DNA of 64,000 nucleotides from Rikenellaceae bacterium (GCA_015059965.1 SUZM01000011.1:13640-77639), one strand, 5' to 3'. Shown: positions 53,661-63,732, counted from the stretch's first letter. The notes: generated by a model from the sequence alone, not told the origin. Program-made: numbers and translations.

Positions 53661-55205
53661 ATGACACAGGAAGAACTCTTTAAGAAGTTGGTGGCTCACT
53701 GCAAGGAGTACGGATTCGTATTCCCCTCGAGCGAGATTTACGATGGCCTGGGGGCCGTCTATGACTATGGCCAGAATGGTGTGGAGCTCAAGAACAACAT
53801 CAAGCGTTATTGGTGGGATTCGATGGTTAAGCTCCACGAGAATATTGTGGGTATCGATGCCGCGATCTTCATGCACCCCAAGACTTGGGAGGCTTCGGGC
53901 CATGTGGGCGCCTTCAACGACCCGCTGATCGACAACCGCGACTCGAAGAAGCGCTATCGTGCCGACGTGCTCGTGGAGGATTGGATGGCCAAGCAGGACG
54001 AAAAGATGCAGAAGGAGGTCGATAAGGCCCGCAAGCGCTTCGGGGAGTCGTTCAACGAGGAGCAGTATCGCTCGACCTCGCCCCGCGTGCTGGAGATCGC
54101 CCAGAAGAAGCAGGTGGTACTCGACCGCTTTACCAAGGCTCTGAATGACAACGACCTGGAGGAGCTCAAGCAGATCATCCTCGACTGCGAGATCGTCTGC
54201 CCGATTTCGGGTACGCGCAACTGGACCGATGTGCGCCAGTTCAACCTCATGTTCTCGACCCAGATGGGTTCGACGGCCGAGGGGGCCAATACCATCTACC
54301 TGCGCCCCGAGACGGCTCAGGGTATCTTTGTGAACTTCCTCAACGTACAGAAGACGGGTCGCATGAAGCTCCCCTTCGGTATCGCCCAGATCGGCAAGGC
54401 TTTCCGTAACGAGATCGTAGCCCGCCAGTTCATCTTCCGCATGCGCGAGTTCGAGCAGATGGAGATGCAGTTCTTCGTGCAGCCCGGTACCGAGATGGAG
54501 TGGTGGTCGAAGTGGAAGGAGACCCGTATGGCTTGGCACCGTGCCCTGGGCTTCGGTGACGAGAACTACCGCTTCCACGACCACGAGAAGCTGGCTCACT
54601 ATGCCAACGCCGCAACCGATGTGGAGTACAACTTCCCCTTCGGCTTCAAGGAGGTGGAGGGCATCCACTCGCGCACGGACTTCGACCTGGGTCGTCACCA
54701 GGAGTTCTCGGGTAAGAAGATCCAGTATTTCGATGCTGAGCGCGGGGAGAGCTATGTGCCCTATGTGGTGGAGACCTCGATCGGCGTGGACCGCATGTTC
54801 CTGCAGGTGATGTCGGCCGCCTATACCGAGGAGCAGCTCGAGGGCGGCGATCAGCGCGTGGTGCTCAAGCTGCCCGCAGCCTTGGCCCCCGTCAAGGTGG
54901 CTGTGCTCCCTCTGGTCAAGAAGGACGGCATGCCCGAGGTGGCCCGCAAGATCGTCGATGAGCTCAAGTACGACTACAACGTGGTCTATGACGAGAAGGA
55001 CTCGGTGGGCAAGCGCTACCGCCGTCAGGATGCCGTGGGTACCCCCTTCTGTGTGACGGTCGATGGTCAGACCTTGGAGGATCAGACGGTTACGGTACGT
55101 CACCGCGACTCGATGCAGCAGGAGCGCGTCGCCATCAGCGACCTGAAGCGTATGGTCGATCAGGAGTGCTCCTTTGCCCGTCTGTTCAAGAAGCTGAACC
55201 TCTAA
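53661..55205 (+). CDS. glyQS: glycine--tRNA ligase (homodimeric class II type)
   Basis: 514 aa with FVFPSSEIYDGLGAVYDYGQNGVELKNNIKRYWW and a C-terminal anticodon-binding domain. Confidence 0.95.
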   Translation: MTQEELFKKLVAHCKEYGFVFPSSEIYDGLGAVYDYGQNGVELKNNIKRYWWDSMVKLHENIVGIDAAIFMHPKTWEASGHVGAFNDPLIDNRDSKKRYRADVLVEDWMAKQDEKMQKEVDKARKRFGESFNEEQYRSTSPRVLEIAQKKQVVLDRFTKALNDNDLEELKQIILDCEIVCPISGTRNWTDVRQFNLMFSTQMGSTAEGANTIYLRPETAQGIFVNFLNVQKTGRMKLPFGIAQIGKAFRNEIVARQFIFRMREFEQMEMQFFVQPGTEMEWWSKWKETRMAWHRALGFGDENYRFHDHEKLAHYANAATDVEYNFPFGFKEVEGIHSRTDFDLGRHQEFSGKKIQYFDAERGESYVPYVVETSIGVDRMFLQVMSAAYTEEQLEGGDQRVVLKLPAALAPVKVAVLPLVKKDGMPEVARKIVDELKYDYNVVYDEKDSVGKRYRRQDAVGTPFCVTVDGQTLEDQTVTVRHRDSMQQERVAISDLKRMVDQECSFARLFKKLNL

Positions 55206-55215
55206 GAGATAAGCT

Positions 55216-55323
55216 ATGCGGATTAAGATTGGAGCTCGTCAGTTGGGTATCATCTTTTTGATCCTTGCTGCTGGTTTTGCGTTGGGTTACCTCGCCGGTT
55301 ACGCCTTCTCGCATTGGCTGTAG
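55216..55323 (+). CDS. possible 35-aa hydrophobic micropeptide
   Basis: My own reading: ATG..TAG encodes MRIKIGARQLGIIFLILAAGFALGYLAGYAFSHWL, one TM-like helix. It is below the ORF-track size cutoff and has no homology evidence. Confidence 0.25.
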   Translation: MRIKIGARQLGIIFLILAAGFALGYLAGYAFSHWL

Positions 55324-55325
55324 TA

Positions 55326-55751
55326 ATGGGACGCATCCTTTCGATAGACTATGGCACGAAGCGCACGGGAATCGCTGTGAGCGATCCCCTGCGCATCATT
55401 GCCGGAGGACTTGAAACGGTGGAGACCAAGCAACTCGAGAAGTGGCTGGCACAATATATGGCCCGCGAGGACGTTTCGACCATTGTGGTGGGAAAGCCCA
55501 TGCAACCCAACGGCGAACCCTCAGAGACGTGGCGCTTTGTTGAGCCTCTGGTGCGGCGCCTCAAGGCCGCCTACCCCGAGAAGGAGGTAACCCTCTACGA
55601 CGAGCGATTCACCTCCGTGCTGGCCAACCGCGCCATCCGCGAGTCGGGCATCGGCAAGATGGCCCGTCGCGACAAGGCCCTGGTCGATAAGGTCTCGGCC
55701 ACGATTATTCTGCAAGATTATATGGAACATTTGAACTATACAAAGTTATGA
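55326..55751 (+). CDS. ruvX: Holliday junction resolvase-like nuclease RuvX/YqgF
   Basis: The ORF is 55314..55751 (TTG). The ATG gives MGRILSIDYGTKRTGIAVSD. Confidence 0.9.
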   Translation: MGRILSIDYGTKRTGIAVSDPLRIIAGGLETVETKQLEKWLAQYMAREDVSTIVVGKPMQPNGEPSETWRFVEPLVRRLKAAYPEKEVTLYDERFTSVLANRAIRESGIGKMARRDKALVDKVSATIILQDYMEHLNYTKL

Positions 55752-56293
55752 TATATCCGATTGTCATCTATGGCTCTCCGATTCTGCGTAATGTCTCGGA
55801 GGATATTACACCCGACTACCCCGACCTGAAGAAGCTCATCGAGGATATGTTCCTGACGATGCGCGAGGCCGAGGGTGTGGGCCTTGCCGCTCCCCAGATC
55901 GGTAAGAACATTCGTCTCTTTGTGGTAGACTGCACCCCTTGGGCCGAGGAGAATCCCGAACTTGCGGACTACCGTCGCGCCTTCATCAACGCTGAGATCC
56001 TTGAGGAGTCGGAGGAGACCGACCTCTTCAACGAGGGGTGCCTCTCGCTCCCCGGCCTGCATGAGAATGTGCGCCGCCCGATTGCCATCCGCATGCGCTG
56101 GATGGATGAAGATTTCAACGAGCATGACGAGTGGATCGACGGCCTTCCGGCCCGCGTGATCCAGCACGAGTACGACCACCTTGAGGGTGAGGTCTTCACC
56201 GACCACCTCTCGCCCCTGCGCCGCAACCTGCTGAAGAACAAACTCACCAATCTGACCAAAGGTAAATATCGCGCACACTACCGCACCAAGTAG
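55748..56293 (+). CDS. def: peptide deformylase
   Basis: 181 aa with GVGLAAPQIG, EGCLSLPG and QHEYDHLEG. Confidence 0.95.
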   Translation: MIYPIVIYGSPILRNVSEDITPDYPDLKKLIEDMFLTMREAEGVGLAAPQIGKNIRLFVVDCTPWAEENPELADYRRAFINAEILEESEETDLFNEGCLSLPGLHENVRRPIAIRMRWMDEDFNEHDEWIDGLPARVIQHEYDHLEGEVFTDHLSPLRRNLLKNKLTNLTKGKYRAHYRTK

Positions 56294-56300
56294 TTTTTGA

Positions 56301-56403
56301 TTTTATGCGGTAAATTTTGCACCGCCTTGCCTGCCCCGAATGGGAAGTACACCAAGTACATCCCATCCGGGGCTCACGGCATAAGTACAAAATTTCATGG
56401 GCA
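56301..56403 (+). repeat. TTTTATGCGGTAAATTTTGCAC box (copy 3) plus imperfect inverted partner GTACAAAATTTCATGGGCA, enclosing a 13-bp hairpin
   Basis: The box is at 56301-56322, the inner hairpin GCCCCGAATGGGA...TCCCATCCGGGGC at 56333-56373, and the inverted partner at 56385-56403. It starts 7 nt after the def stop. Confidence 0.6.
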
Positions 56404-56423
56404 ATACAACCTTAAACAAAAAA

Positions 56424-56458
56424 AGCGTGTGTCCGAAAAATTTCATCGTACACACGCT
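56424..56458. terminator. terminator hairpin between convergent def and the MBL-hydrolase gene
   Basis: AGCGTGTGT - loop - ACACACGCT, preceded by an A7 run (a U-tract for the minus-strand transcript). Confidence 0.8.
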
Positions 56459-56485
56459 TGGGTCTTATCGCAGAGGCTGAGATGG

Positions 56486-57205
56486 CTACTCCATGCCGCG
56501 GATGCGGACCTCGCAGATCCCCTCCAGCTCACGCTGCAGGCGCTCCAGGTCGGTCTGCTCCTCTACCTGGCCGTAGTGGTAGGGGTAGAAGATGCGGGGG
56601 CGGATCGCCTTAATGGCATCCACAGCCTGATCTACGGTCATGGTGTAGGGCTGGTTTACGGGCAGCAGGGCGATGTCGATATTGGGCGCAGCCTTCATCT
56701 CGGGGGTGTTCTCCCCATCGCCGGCGATATAGATGCGCACACCGCCGAAGCCGATGATGTAGCCCACATCCTCGCGTCCCTTGGGGTGGAAGTTCGTGCG
56801 GCCCTCCGAGTAGTTGTAGGCCGGCAGGGTCTCCAGGCGCAGGAAGGGAAGCGGCTTGATGCTGATGCCCGGGCGCACCGTCGAGCAGTCGATGCCGTGT
56901 TCGGCTAAAATGCCGGCCGTGGTGGCATCGCAGAAGATCATCGTGTCCTGCTTCATGAGTTTATAGACCGCCTCGAGCTCGAAATGGTCATAGTGGTGGT
57001 GTGAGATCAGGATCAGGTCGGCCTTGGGCAACGAGTCGTAGTCGGCGTGGTCCACCACCGGGTCGGTGTAGATGTACTTGCCGGCCACTTCGATGGCTAG
57101 TGACGAATGCTTGAAGAAGATCATGCGGAAGGGGGCTCCCACCGTGGCCGTGAAGGCATCGGACGGATAGCCGAATGCAAGTTCATATTCGGAGGTTGTT
57201 ACCAT
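56486..57205 (-). CDS. MBL-fold metal-dependent hydrolase
   Basis: The ORF is 56486..57289. The low-GC3 first 28 codons suggest the start is MVTTSEYE (57205). It has HHHYDH and GDGENTPEM. Confidence 0.8.
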   Translation of the reverse strand: MVTTSEYELAFGYPSDAFTATVGAPFRMIFFKHSSLAIEVAGKYIYTDPVVDHADYDSLPKADLILISHHHYDHFELEAVYKLMKQDTMIFCDATTAGILAEHGIDCSTVRPGISIKPLPFLRLETLPAYNYSEGRTNFHPKGREDVGYIIGFGGVRIYIAGDGENTPEMKAAPNIDIALLPVNQPYTMTVDQAVDAIKAIRPRIFYPYHYGQVEEQTDLERLQRELEGICEVRIRGME

Positions 57206-57369
57206 GGCGTTAATATCTTTAAGTTTAACAATTTGCGCTAACCAAACCCGGCGGCGGGGCTCCTTGTGTTTTGTCTGCGGCCTCCGCATCGCTGTGGGAC
57301 ATTCTCCCTACAAAGATAAAAAAAATCTTTCTATTTTCAAAATCTTATGGCGCGGATCAAAAAAAATCG

Positions 57370-57377
57370 TACCTTTG
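57370..57377 (+). promoter_or_regulatory. -7 box TACCTTTG for the lipoprotein gene at 57457 (divergent TATCTTTG at 57311-57318 serves the MBL hydrolase gene)
   Basis: Exact TAnnTTTG matches on both strands of the spacer. Confidence 0.6.
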
Positions 57378-57456
57378 TTCTCCACAGGCCGGGCATACGA
57401 AATGCCCTGCAACCTGCGTTTGAGGCTGTGAACAAAGAATTGACCAAATCATCTGT

Positions 57457-58461
57457 ATGAGAATGAAAAAATTATCTCTTTTTGCCCTGGCGGCTCTTTT
57501 GATCTTCGCTGTGGGCTGCAACAGCGATGCCGAGGAGCACTACTTCGGCGAGTATAGCGACCTGAAGCCCGGCATGCTGATCTACAATGCCGTATCGACA
57601 CAGCAACTCGTGGCCATGGATCCCACGGCAGTGGCTCTTCGCCTGGCCATGCTCCTCGATGAGGCCGCGCTCAAGGGGGCTGCCCCCGACGAGGTGGAGA
57701 TCCGCATCGGCGAGCGCAATCTGTTGCTCAAAGATCTCCTTTTCGGCCGTTCGGTAAAGATCGAAGAGGTGGCCCTTGAAGAGAGCCCTGAGGAGGGTTC
57801 GGGCCTCTACCGCATCACCTACACCAATGCCGCACCTGCCACGGTGGACAGCTACCGCCGAGAGGGTAGCTACCTGATTCATACTCAGGGGCTTTCACTC
57901 ACCGAAAGTTCGGAACAACAGCCCTGGCGGGTAACCCCCGAGGAGCAGCTCTACCTCTACATGGGAGCCGGCGACAGCGAGCGCTTTATCCTAAAAGGGG
58001 GAACCACCGAGCTCTATGCCTCTGATTCGGGAGTCTATGCGATTCGTCTTCGGGAGTCGGGCGCCTCGTTCGAGGTAACGGAGCAGTTCACCTCCGCCTG
58101 GTCGGGCGATTTTACCCTCACCACCTCGACCATCACCGGTGATCTGGCCTACTCGAACCACCGCAAAGATACCTACAACTTCTGGGGAGAAGCCGAGGGG
58201 CCTACGTTCTATGCCTTCAACAACGCCTCGAGAACCCGCATGTACTACTGCATTGACGAGGCAAACCGCATGAGCTGGCAGCCCTCCGTGTCGGGCTCCA
58301 ATGTGCTGGCGGTGAGCGGCGTGGAGTATTGCCGACTGACCCATGCGGAGGACTATCCCGCCGAGATCTATCCGGCACCCGATGTGAGCGTTTCGCGCAC
58401 CTACAGTGAGGGCAAGGTTACCCACACGCTCACCTACAACGGCCTTAAGATGGAGTTTTAA
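57457..58461 (+). CDS. hypothetical lipoprotein
   Basis: 334 aa with lipobox LLIFAVGCNSD. I do not recognise a family. Confidence 0.6.
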   Translation: MRMKKLSLFALAALLIFAVGCNSDAEEHYFGEYSDLKPGMLIYNAVSTQQLVAMDPTAVALRLAMLLDEAALKGAAPDEVEIRIGERNLLLKDLLFGRSVKIEEVALEESPEEGSGLYRITYTNAAPATVDSYRREGSYLIHTQGLSLTESSEQQPWRVTPEEQLYLYMGAGDSERFILKGGTTELYASDSGVYAIRLRESGASFEVTEQFTSAWSGDFTLTTSTITGDLAYSNHRKDTYNFWGEAEGPTFYAFNNASRTRMYYCIDEANRMSWQPSVSGSNVLAVSGVEYCRLTHAEDYPAEIYPAPDVSVSRTYSEGKVTHTLTYNGLKMEF

Positions 58462-58538
58462 GGGGCCGAGGATGAACAAAATAACCAAAAAAAGGTAAAA
58501 AATAGCACGCAAAGCGTAGCAACTGAAAAAAAAATGCT

Positions 58539-58546
58539 TATCTTTG
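58539..58546 (+). promoter_or_regulatory. -7 box TATCTTTG for rpmI-rplT
   Basis: Exact match 34 nt upstream of the rpmI ATG. Confidence 0.6.
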
Positions 58547-58580
58547 CGGGCTATGTTTAACTAAATTAACTTTTACGACA

Positions 58581-58775
58581 ATGCCAAAAATGAAAACGAA
58601 TGCCGCTGCAAAGAAGAGATTTACTTTCACCGGCACAGGTAAGATCAAGCGTAAGCACGCTTATCACAGTCACATCCTGACCAAAAAGTCGACGAAACAG
58701 AAGCGTAACCTCTGCTACTCGAGCACCGTTGCGCCTGCCGATGAGGCAAAAATCAAGAGCCTGCTGGTTAAATAA
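58581..58775 (+). CDS. rpmI: 50S ribosomal protein L35
   Basis: 64 aa: [33 protein letters not shown]. Confidence 0.95.
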   Translation: MPKMKTNAAAKKRFTFTGTGKIKRKHAYHSHILTKKSTKQKRNLCYSSTVAPADEAKIKSLLVK

Positions 58776-58878
58776 TGATTGTTTGACCATCCAGGGATTT
58801 TATTAACCAAAGAGCGAAACAGCCCCAAAGAACAGGAGAGAAGCCTGTCGCTGACAGCTCGTCAAAAACTTTAACACT

Positions 58879-59223
58879 ATGCCACGTTCAGTAAACGCAG
58901 TTGCGTCACGCGCAAGAAGAAAGAAGGTTTTGAAACTTGCCAAGGGTAACTTTGGTTCAAGGGGAAACGTATGGACCGTTGCCAAAAACACGGTCGAGAA
59001 GGGTTTGCAGTATGCTTATGCACACCGCCAGCTCAAGAAGAGAACGTATCGTTCGCTGTGGATCACCCGTATCAACGCCGGTGTTCGCGCTTACGGTATG
59101 ACCTATTCGCAGTTTATCGGTAAGCTCAACGTGAAGGGTATCCAGCTCAACCGCAAGGTGCTGGCCGACCTCGCCATGAACGAGCCGAAGGCATTCGAAG
59201 CAATCGTTAACGCAGTTAAGTAG
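58879..59223 (+). CDS. rplT: 50S ribosomal protein L20
   Basis: 114 aa: [30 protein letters not shown]... Confidence 0.96.
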   Translation: MPRSVNAVASRARRKKVLKLAKGNFGSRGNVWTVAKNTVEKGLQYAYAHRQLKKRTYRSLWITRINAGVRAYGMTYSQFIGKLNVKGIQLNRKVLADLAMNEPKAFEAIVNAVK

Positions 59224-59247
59224 TACGGCTGAAAAGTCGTTTCAAGG

Positions 59248-59277
59248 TAAAGGCGGAACTTTCGGGTTCCGCCTTTA
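59248..59277. terminator. bidirectional intrinsic terminator after rplT / the WG-repeat gene
   Basis: TAAAGGCGGAAC - tttcgg - GTTCCGCCTTTA. Confidence 0.9.
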
Positions 59278-59308
59278 CTCATTTGTCCGCACCCGGATAG
59301 GGTAGGGG

Positions 59309-60505
59309 TTATCTGCTCAGCGAGAAGGGGATGGAGAGATTGTCCCGGTAGGCAATGCCTCGCTCGATATAGCTTTGCGAGAGGTTGTCCCACTCCGTGA
59401 AGAGGGTGATTTGGTCGTACTCGAAGGGGATGATCACCTTGCCGCGAGAAGAGATTACTCCGTAGCGCAACTCACCCGTGCCATCGGGAATGGCGCACGA
59501 AGCGTGGCCATACCGTCCGCTCGGGTTAAGGGCATAGACCCATTGCGAGAGGAGCTCGCGCCCCTGGCTGTCGAGCAACATGTAGCGCATGGCCTCTCCC
59601 TCGTTCAAGCCCACCCATAGGCGGCCGAATTCGTGAGCAGAGGCGTAGTCCCAGCGGATGGGGATCGCCTCGCGACCCGTGCGGTCGATATAGCCGTATT
59701 TCAACTCCCCCTGAACGACTTTACAGACCACAGCCAACCCGTCGTTGAACCTTTCGGCCTGGTAGTAATCAAAGGGGATCACGGTTTCGCCGTTACGGTT
59801 CAGATAGCCATATTTAGGGTAGTATTTCCCCTCGATCGCCGCAATGGCAAGCCCGTTATGCATCTTTTTGATTTCGAAGTATTTGGGGGCGATGATCTCG
59901 CGCCCCAGGGTGTCGATCAGACCATACAGCCCCTTGAATTCGGCGACAATATTCTGTATATTGAGGGTAAACCCTTCGGGGAGGTTCACGTTGTTGGGAA
60001 TTGCGGGTCGGCTCCAACTGCCGACTCCGACCACGGCGACCCCTTCGCTGAAGTCGTCGGCATAGTCAAAAGTGCGGTCAAAGAGTTTTTCGCCCTGTGT
60101 ATTCAGGAAGTAGTAGTTCCTCTTGCCCAAATCGTTCTCTTCGCCAACCACAAAGCGACCATCGATCACCGAACCCATACGATGCCAACGAATCGGGGTC
60201 ACCAGGCATCCCGTGGTGTCAATCAACCCTTTCAGGTCGCCACCCATGGGCCCTTCAGCTACAATGGCGTATCCGTTTCGGAAGGGGTGGGCGTAAGGAT
60301 ATTGGGCCTTGATGATGATCTTCCCCTCGCAGTCGGCATAGCCGTAGCGGGTATTTTCTCCCTCACCTTTCACCACCAGATGAAACCCTTCTCGCGAAGC
60401 ATTCGGTTGCGTAGAGAGGCTGTAGCCCTTGGGAAGGTTCAATTTGGCTTGCTGGGCCGTGGCTGATGCGGTGATCAGCAGAAAAAAGAGAAGCAGACGT
60501 TTCAT
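59309..60505 (-). CDS. WG-repeat (KWG) containing secreted protein
   Basis: 398 aa with a signal peptide and repeated ~35-aa units of the form G.I...G..IIP..Y......F..G.A.V. Confidence 0.75.
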   Translation of the reverse strand: MKRLLLFFLLITASATAQQAKLNLPKGYSLSTQPNASREGFHLVVKGEGENTRYGYADCEGKIIIKAQYPYAHPFRNGYAIVAEGPMGGDLKGLIDTTGCLVTPIRWHRMGSVIDGRFVVGEENDLGKRNYYFLNTQGEKLFDRTFDYADDFSEGVAVVGVGSWSRPAIPNNVNLPEGFTLNIQNIVAEFKGLYGLIDTLGREIIAPKYFEIKKMHNGLAIAAIEGKYYPKYGYLNRNGETVIPFDYYQAERFNDGLAVVCKVVQGELKYGYIDRTGREAIPIRWDYASAHEFGRLWVGLNEGEAMRYMLLDSQGRELLSQWVYALNPSGRYGHASCAIPDGTGELRYGVISSRGKVIIPFEYDQITLFTEWDNLSQSYIERGIAYRDNLSIPFSLSR

Positions 60506-60521
60506 AAAATTGGAAATTTAA

Positions 60522-60641
60522 AATGAGTAATGGGTAATGAGTAATGAGCAATGAGTAATGAGTAATGAGCTTACGCACCGGAATATTACCTGAGAATATT
60601 TCAACGACAAGAAAATCATTGCTCATTGCTCATTGCTCATT
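60522..60641. repeat. composite repeat copy C, between mutS stop and the WG-repeat gene start
   Basis: (AATGAGT/AATGGGT/AATGAGC)x7, then TTACGCACCGGAATATTACCTGAGAATATTTCAACGACAAGAAAATCATT, then (GCTCATT)x3. The arms are reverse-complementary. Confidence 0.9.
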
Positions 60642-60644
60642 TGT

Positions 60645-63326
60645 TTATAGCCCTGTGATCTTCTTGATTTCGTTCAATTTGTTCAGGGCCTCCAGAGGGG
60701 TGAGCGAGTTGATGTCGATCCCCTTGATCTGGTCGCGGATCTGCACCAGTACGGGGTCGTCCAGGCGGAACATCGAGAGTTGCATCTCCTGTGCCCGCGA
60801 GAGCTCCTCGACGGTCTCGCGCACCGAGGCGCGTTTGCGACCGCGTTCCTTCAGGCTCTTCGAGGGGACAATTTCGTTCTGGCCATAGACCTGCACCAGG
60901 TTCTTCAGGATCTCATCCGCACGGTTTACTAGCGAGGAGGGCATGCCGGCGAGTTGTGCCACGTGGATACCGAACGAGTGTTCGGAGCTGCCGCGCAGGA
61001 GTTTTCGTAAGAACACGACCGATCCGTCCAACTCCTTGACGCTCACATGGTAGTTCTTCACCCGGGGGTACATCTGCTCCATCTCGTTGAGCTCGAAGTA
61101 GTGGGTGGCGAAGAGGGTCTTGGCGCGTGCCGAGGGGTGGTTGTGCAGGTATTCGACCATGGCCCAGGCGATCGAGATGCCGTCGTAGGTGCTTGTGCCG
61201 CGGCCGATCTCGTCCAGGAGCACTAAACTGCGATCCGAGATGTTGTTGAGGATGGCGGCCGACTCCAGCATCTCAACCATGAAGGTCGATTCTCCCTGTG
61301 AGATGTTGTCCGAGGCCCCCACACGCGTAAAGATCTTGTCCACCACACCGATTCGGGCCGACTTGGCCGGCACGAACATACCCATTTGGGCCATCAGCAC
61401 GATCAGGGCTGTCTGGCGCAGCAGGGCCGATTTACCCGACATGTTGGGTCCGGTGATCATGATGATCTGCTGCTCCTTCTCATCGAGCGTAACGTCGTTG
61501 GGGATATACTCCTCCCCCACGGGCAGCAACATCTCGATCACGGGGTGGCGACCCTCGCGGATCTCGATCCGCTTGCCGTCGTTGAGCTCGGGGCGCGTGT
61601 AGCGGCGTTCGACGGCCAGGCGGGCAAAGGATTGCAGACAGTCCAAGCGCGAGATCGCGCCGGCATCGCGCTGCAGGGTGGGGATTGTGCGCGAGAGGTC
61701 GGCAATGAGTTGCTGATAGAGGCGTTGTTCGATTTGCAGCATCCGCTCCTCGGCGCCGAGAATCTTCTGCTCATACTCCTTGAGCTCCTCGGTGATGTAG
61801 CGCTCGGCAGCCGTCAGGGTCTGCTTGCGGATCCAATCCTCGGGGACCTTGTCTTTGTGCGTGTTGCGCACCTCTATATAATAGCCGAAGACGTTGTTGT
61901 AGCTGATCTTGAGTGAGGGGATCCCCGTGCGCTCGGATTCGCGCTCCAGGATCCGGTCCAGAACCTGCTTGCCGTGGTGGGCAATGCGCCTCAGGTCGTC
62001 GAGCTCGGCATCCACCCCCGGGGCGATGAATCCCCCCTTCTGGAGTTGGTTTGCCGGGTCGGGGTAGAGTTCTCGGGCCAACCGTTCGCGTACCTCCGAC
62101 AGCGGATCGATCTCTGCTCCCAGGCTGTTCAAAGGTTCCGAGTCGGTCGAATCCAGCAGGGCCTTCAGGTGCTCCACAGCCTCGAGGGCTGTCTTCAGCT
62201 GAATCATCTCGCGGGGCAGGATGCGCCCCGTGGCGATGCGTGAGAGGATGCGTTCCAGGTCGCCTACGCGCGTGATCTGCTCTCTGAGGGCCTCGGCAAA
62301 CTCCCCGTCGCGGGTGAGGTGCTCCACCACATCGAGGCGGCGGTTGATCTCCTCGATCGACTTTACGGGCATGGCCACCCATCGTTTCAGCCTGCGACCT
62401 CCCATCGGGGTCAGCGTGCGGTCGATCACATCGGCAAAGCCGCACCGCTCGCGTGAGGCGTTCGATGAGAAGAGCTCCAGATTGCGAATTGTGAATTTGT
62501 CGATCCAGACATACTCCTCCTGGTCGATGCGTGAGATGGAGTCGATGTGGGCCGTGTCGCGGTGTTCGGTAAATTCGAGGTAGTAGAGGATGGCCCCGGC
62601 AGCCGAGATGCCGCTCGTCAGGTGATCCACGCCGAAGCCCTTGAGCGAAGAGGTGGAAAACTGCTTGCAGAGCTTCTCGCGGTTCACCTCCTCGGAGAAG
62701 ACCCACTCGTCGAGCCGATAGGTGTAGTGGCGCGTACCGAAGATACTCGAAAAACGCTCCTCCGATCCTCGTTGGTAGAGGATCTCCTTGGGGCGGAGGT
62801 TTGAGACGAGCTTGTCGATGTAGTTGTCCGATCCCTCGGCGACATAGAACTCTCCGGTCGAGATGTCCAAAAAGGCGGCTCCGGTGCACTGTTTGCCAAA
62901 GTAGATTGAGGCCAGAAAGGAGTTCTCCTTTGCGGGCAGGATATTGTCGCCCATCGCCACGCCGGGCGTAACGAGTTCGATCACTCCGCGCTTGACAAGA
63001 CCCTTCACGGTCTTGGGGTCTTCGAGCTGCTCACAGATGGCCACGCGCTCACCCGCCCTCACCAGTTTCGGCAGGTAGGTGTCGACGGCATGATAGGGGA
63101 AGCCGGCCAACTCGACAAACGAGGCGGCGCCGTTGGCCCGGCGCGTGAGGGTGATGCCCAGAATCCCACTCGCCTTGATGGCATCCTCGCCAAAGGTCTC
63201 GTAGAAGTCCCCTACGCGAAACAACAGAATCGCATCGGGGTGTACTGCCTTGATCTGGTAGTACTGCTTCATCAGGGGGGTCTCCACATATTTTTTCTCC
63301 TTTCCGGAGCTCTTTTCTTCGGCCAT
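60645..63326 (-). CDS. mutS: DNA mismatch repair protein MutS
   Basis: The ORF is 60645..63419. The start at [26 protein letters not shown] (63326) lies 20 nt downstream of a TATATTTG box. Walker A is [10 protein letters not shown]. Confidence 0.95.
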   Translation of the reverse strand: MAEEKSSGKEKKYVETPLMKQYYQIKAVHPDAILLFRVGDFYETFGEDAIKASGILGITLTRRANGAASFVELAGFPYHAVDTYLPKLVRAGERVAICEQLEDPKTVKGLVKRGVIELVTPGVAMGDNILPAKENSFLASIYFGKQCTGAAFLDISTGEFYVAEGSDNYIDKLVSNLRPKEILYQRGSEERFSSIFGTRHYTYRLDEWVFSEEVNREKLCKQFSTSSLKGFGVDHLTSGISAAGAILYYLEFTEHRDTAHIDSISRIDQEEYVWIDKFTIRNLELFSSNASRERCGFADVIDRTLTPMGGRRLKRWVAMPVKSIEEINRRLDVVEHLTRDGEFAEALREQITRVGDLERILSRIATGRILPREMIQLKTALEAVEHLKALLDSTDSEPLNSLGAEIDPLSEVRERLARELYPDPANQLQKGGFIAPGVDAELDDLRRIAHHGKQVLDRILERESERTGIPSLKISYNNVFGYYIEVRNTHKDKVPEDWIRKQTLTAAERYITEELKEYEQKILGAEERMLQIEQRLYQQLIADLSRTIPTLQRDAGAISRLDCLQSFARLAVERRYTRPELNDGKRIEIREGRHPVIEMLLPVGEEYIPNDVTLDEKEQQIIMITGPNMSGKSALLRQTALIVLMAQMGMFVPAKSARIGVVDKIFTRVGASDNISQGESTFMVEMLESAAILNNISDRSLVLLDEIGRGTSTYDGISIAWAMVEYLHNHPSARAKTLFATHYFELNEMEQMYPRVKNYHVSVKELDGSVVFLRKLLRGSSEHSFGIHVAQLAGMPSSLVNRADEILKNLVQVYGQNEIVPSKSLKERGRKRASVRETVEELSRAQEMQLSMFRLDDPVLVQIRDQIKGIDINSLTPLEALNKLNEIKKITGL

Positions 63327-63345
63327 AGTCTTTGCTCTTAACGTA

Positions 63346-63353
63346 CAAATATA
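63346..63353 (-). promoter_or_regulatory. -7 box TATATTTG for mutS
   Basis: The plus strand reads CAAATATA, 20 nt upstream of the proposed mutS ATG. Confidence 0.6.
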
Positions 63354-63724
63354 CGAAGAACTTGCGTAAAAATGGCAGGATGAGGGTGAAATTTGATAAG
63401 TGGTTGGTACATATACCATTTTTGTGTTACCTCACCATATTGTTAAATTTGGCAGAAGGAGCCGAATATGGTGGGTGTTAGAGAAAGAATTGCTACCTAT
63501 CCGTTGCCTTTATATTAAAGGGAAAGTTGGTAGAAAAAGCATCTTTAATCTCTTGCACATACCCTACAACAGCCACAAAGAACGCTTGTTTTTTTTATCA
63601 TTGCACTGACAAAGGTAATCATTTTTTCTCGTTGGAAGAAAAATACGAGAATGAGATTAATAGTCAAGTACTTGTTGCCTTGTTCCGCTATGTTCTACAT
63701 GCCGTTCATTAACTCTGTAAAATT

Positions 63725-63732
63725 TATTTTTG
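63725..63732 (+). promoter_or_regulatory. -7 box TATTTTTG for the integrase gene
   Basis: Exact match 19 nt upstream of the ATG at 63751. Confidence 0.55.

Noticed and set aside
58462-58580. Absence of infC upstream of rpmI-rplT, considered as a possible rearrangement or L20-type leader.
   Set aside because: The spacer holds an ordinary TATCTTTG promoter and no extended structure. The gene order difference cannot be evaluated without the rest of the genome.
59224-59308. Bacteroidales-1 RNA motif, reported (from memory) downstream of rplT in Bacteroidales.
   Set aside because: Only 85 nt separate rplT from the convergent gene. A single bidirectional terminator hairpin fully accounts for them.
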